Shown here: positions 62,446 through 64,000 of the stretch, one piece after another
Numbering within the stretch: the first letter of the stretch is position 1
Layout of the letters: each line of letters opens with the position of its first letter
Source of the DNA: Phyllobates terribilis
Lineage: Eukaryota
Assembly: GCF_046119375.1 (NCBI RefSeq)
Contig: NW_027362772.1
Location: forward strand, 288,238,001-288,302,000
Direction of reading: 5' to 3'
DNA: 64,000 bases
Program-made: the position numbers and the translations under genes
The notes under the pieces: generated by a model
Database searches by the model: none
Seen by the model: only the letters and a program-made list of their open reading frames with translations
Told to the model about the DNA's origin: nothing

Positions 62446-64000
62446 GTTCGCTCAGAGAGGTCGACCTAGACAAGAATAAATCCTCTCCATCTCTGCTGCT
62501 GTCAGTTTCAATCGTCTGCGGGGAGAACCGTTATTTCTAGCCCAACTGGACTCTGGAGCAGCCGGGAATCTTATTTCACAGTCCCTGGTAGAGAAGTACC
62601 GCATCCCCACCAAACCTCTGGCTGTACCCTTGTCTGTTGCTGCCGTGGATGGGGGTCTCTTACCACGCCCCATCCAACTCATCACCGAATCCATTACTCT
62701 GCAAGTGGGAATGCTGCATTCTGAGAGTATCTCCTTTCATGTTCTGCCTGGACTCTCTCACGCCCTCCTGCTAGGTCTACCTTGGCTCCAGAGACATGCA
62801 CCCGTGCTTGACTGGCAGACCGGAGAAGTCCTTCGCTGGGGACAGGACTGCCATAAGACCTGTCTGGTTCCCGTCCATCCCGTCCGTCCTTCTCCTACCC
62901 CAGCTAATCTACCTGGACTTCCGATTCCTTATTGGTCTTATGCTGATGTCTTTAATAAAAAGGAAGCAGAGACACTACCCCCTCATAGACCATACGACTG
63001 CCCTATCGACTTGTTACCCGGTACTACTCCTCCCCGTGGGCGTATTTATCCATTATCCGCTGCTGAGACCCGGTCGATGTCCGAATATATTGAGGAGAAT
63101 CTGGCCAGGGGATTCATCCGGAAGTCTACCTCCCCGGCAGGAGCAGGCTTCTTCTTCGTAAAAAAGAAGGACGGCTCTCTCCGTCCCTGTATAGACTATA
63201 GAGGCCTTAACCAGATCACGGTGAAAAATAAGTACCCCCTTCCGCTCATTCCGGAGTTATTTGATCGTCTGAGAGGGGCTAGAATCTTCACCAAACTGGA
63301 CCTCCGTGGGGCTTACAACCTGGTTCGTATCCGTCAGGGGGATGAATGGAAGACGGCATTCAACACCCGGGACGGCCACTATGAATATCTGGTAATGCCC
63401 TTTGGCCTCTGTAACGCTCCTGCCGTCTTTCAAGAGTTGGTCAATGACATCTTCCGGGACCTTCTCTACTCCTGCGTAGTGGTGTACCTGGACGACATCT
63501 TGGTCTTCTCTCCGGATCTCCAGACTCACCGGAGGGATGTTCGTCAGGTCCTGCTCAGGCTCAGGCAGAACCATCTCTACGCTAAATATGAGAAGTGCCT
63601 CTTTGAGCAGACCTCGCTTCCGTTTCTGGGCTACATTATCTCTCACACCGGCCTACAAATGGATCCTGAGAAACTGTCTGCCATCGAGAAATGGCCCCGA
63701 CCAGAGGGGTTGAAGGCTATTCAACGGTTCCTGGGCTTCGCCAACTATTACCGCCTCTTCATCCCGCACTTCTCTTCCCGGACTGCCCCAATTTCCGCGC
63801 TCACCCGTAAGGGTACTAATCCCAAAGAGTGGCCGCCCGAAGCAGAGGAGGCCTTTCTTTCCCTAAAACAGGCCTTCTCTTCCGCCCCGGTGCTGCATCG
63901 CCCGGACGGCAACAAGCAGTTCTTCCTGGAAGTTGACGCCTCCTCCTCTGGAGCCGGAGCGGTACTTACTCAAAAATCATCTTCCGGGAGAATGGTAACT
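62433..64000 (+). CDS. Pol (protease-RT-start of RNase H) via -1 frameshift; one apparent 1-bp deletion near 62535; runs off the window
   Basis: Hand translation gives LDSGAAGN (62546), [33 protein letters not shown] (63485) and LEVDAS in one open frame to base 64000. Confidence 0.92.

Larger units (their letters stand above)
60274..64000 (+). mobile_element. Tf1/sushi-type (PEG10-related) Gypsy LTR retrotransposon, 5' part, in alg9 intron 4
   Basis: 5' LTR 60274-61481 (TGTA...TACA, TATA at 60484), non-tRNA primer site at 61484-93, then gag and pol running off the window. Confidence 0.95.

Overview
Frog (anuran, inferred from gene content and repeat families) genomic window. It carries the conserved vertebrate block cryab (+), cfap68/c11orf1 (-), fdxacb1 (+) and the first four exons of alg9 (+), all with exact GT-AG exon boundaries, embedded in a dense transposon landscape. 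Mobile elements include Tc1/mariner elements of three catalytic-spacing classes (DD34E, DD35E, three DD38E copies), a DIRS1-type retrotransposon with intact termini, MITEs, a solo LTR, many minisatellites and two Tf1/sushi-type (PEG10-related) LTR retrotransposons. The most unusual object is a very young 5.6-kb non-autonomous LTR element in cryab intron 1 (21744-27363, minus strand, TSD TATGG). It has no pol. Its single 691-aa ORF is only the capsid N-terminal domain fused to a long acidic 57-aa-repeat tail (an RTL8/LDOC1-like architecture) and is preceded by a splice acceptor. This element and a near-intact Gag-Pol relative in alg9 intron 4 both show a 10-nt self-priming signal with compensatory base changes. 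That suggests a satellite/helper-type pair, which remains an inference.
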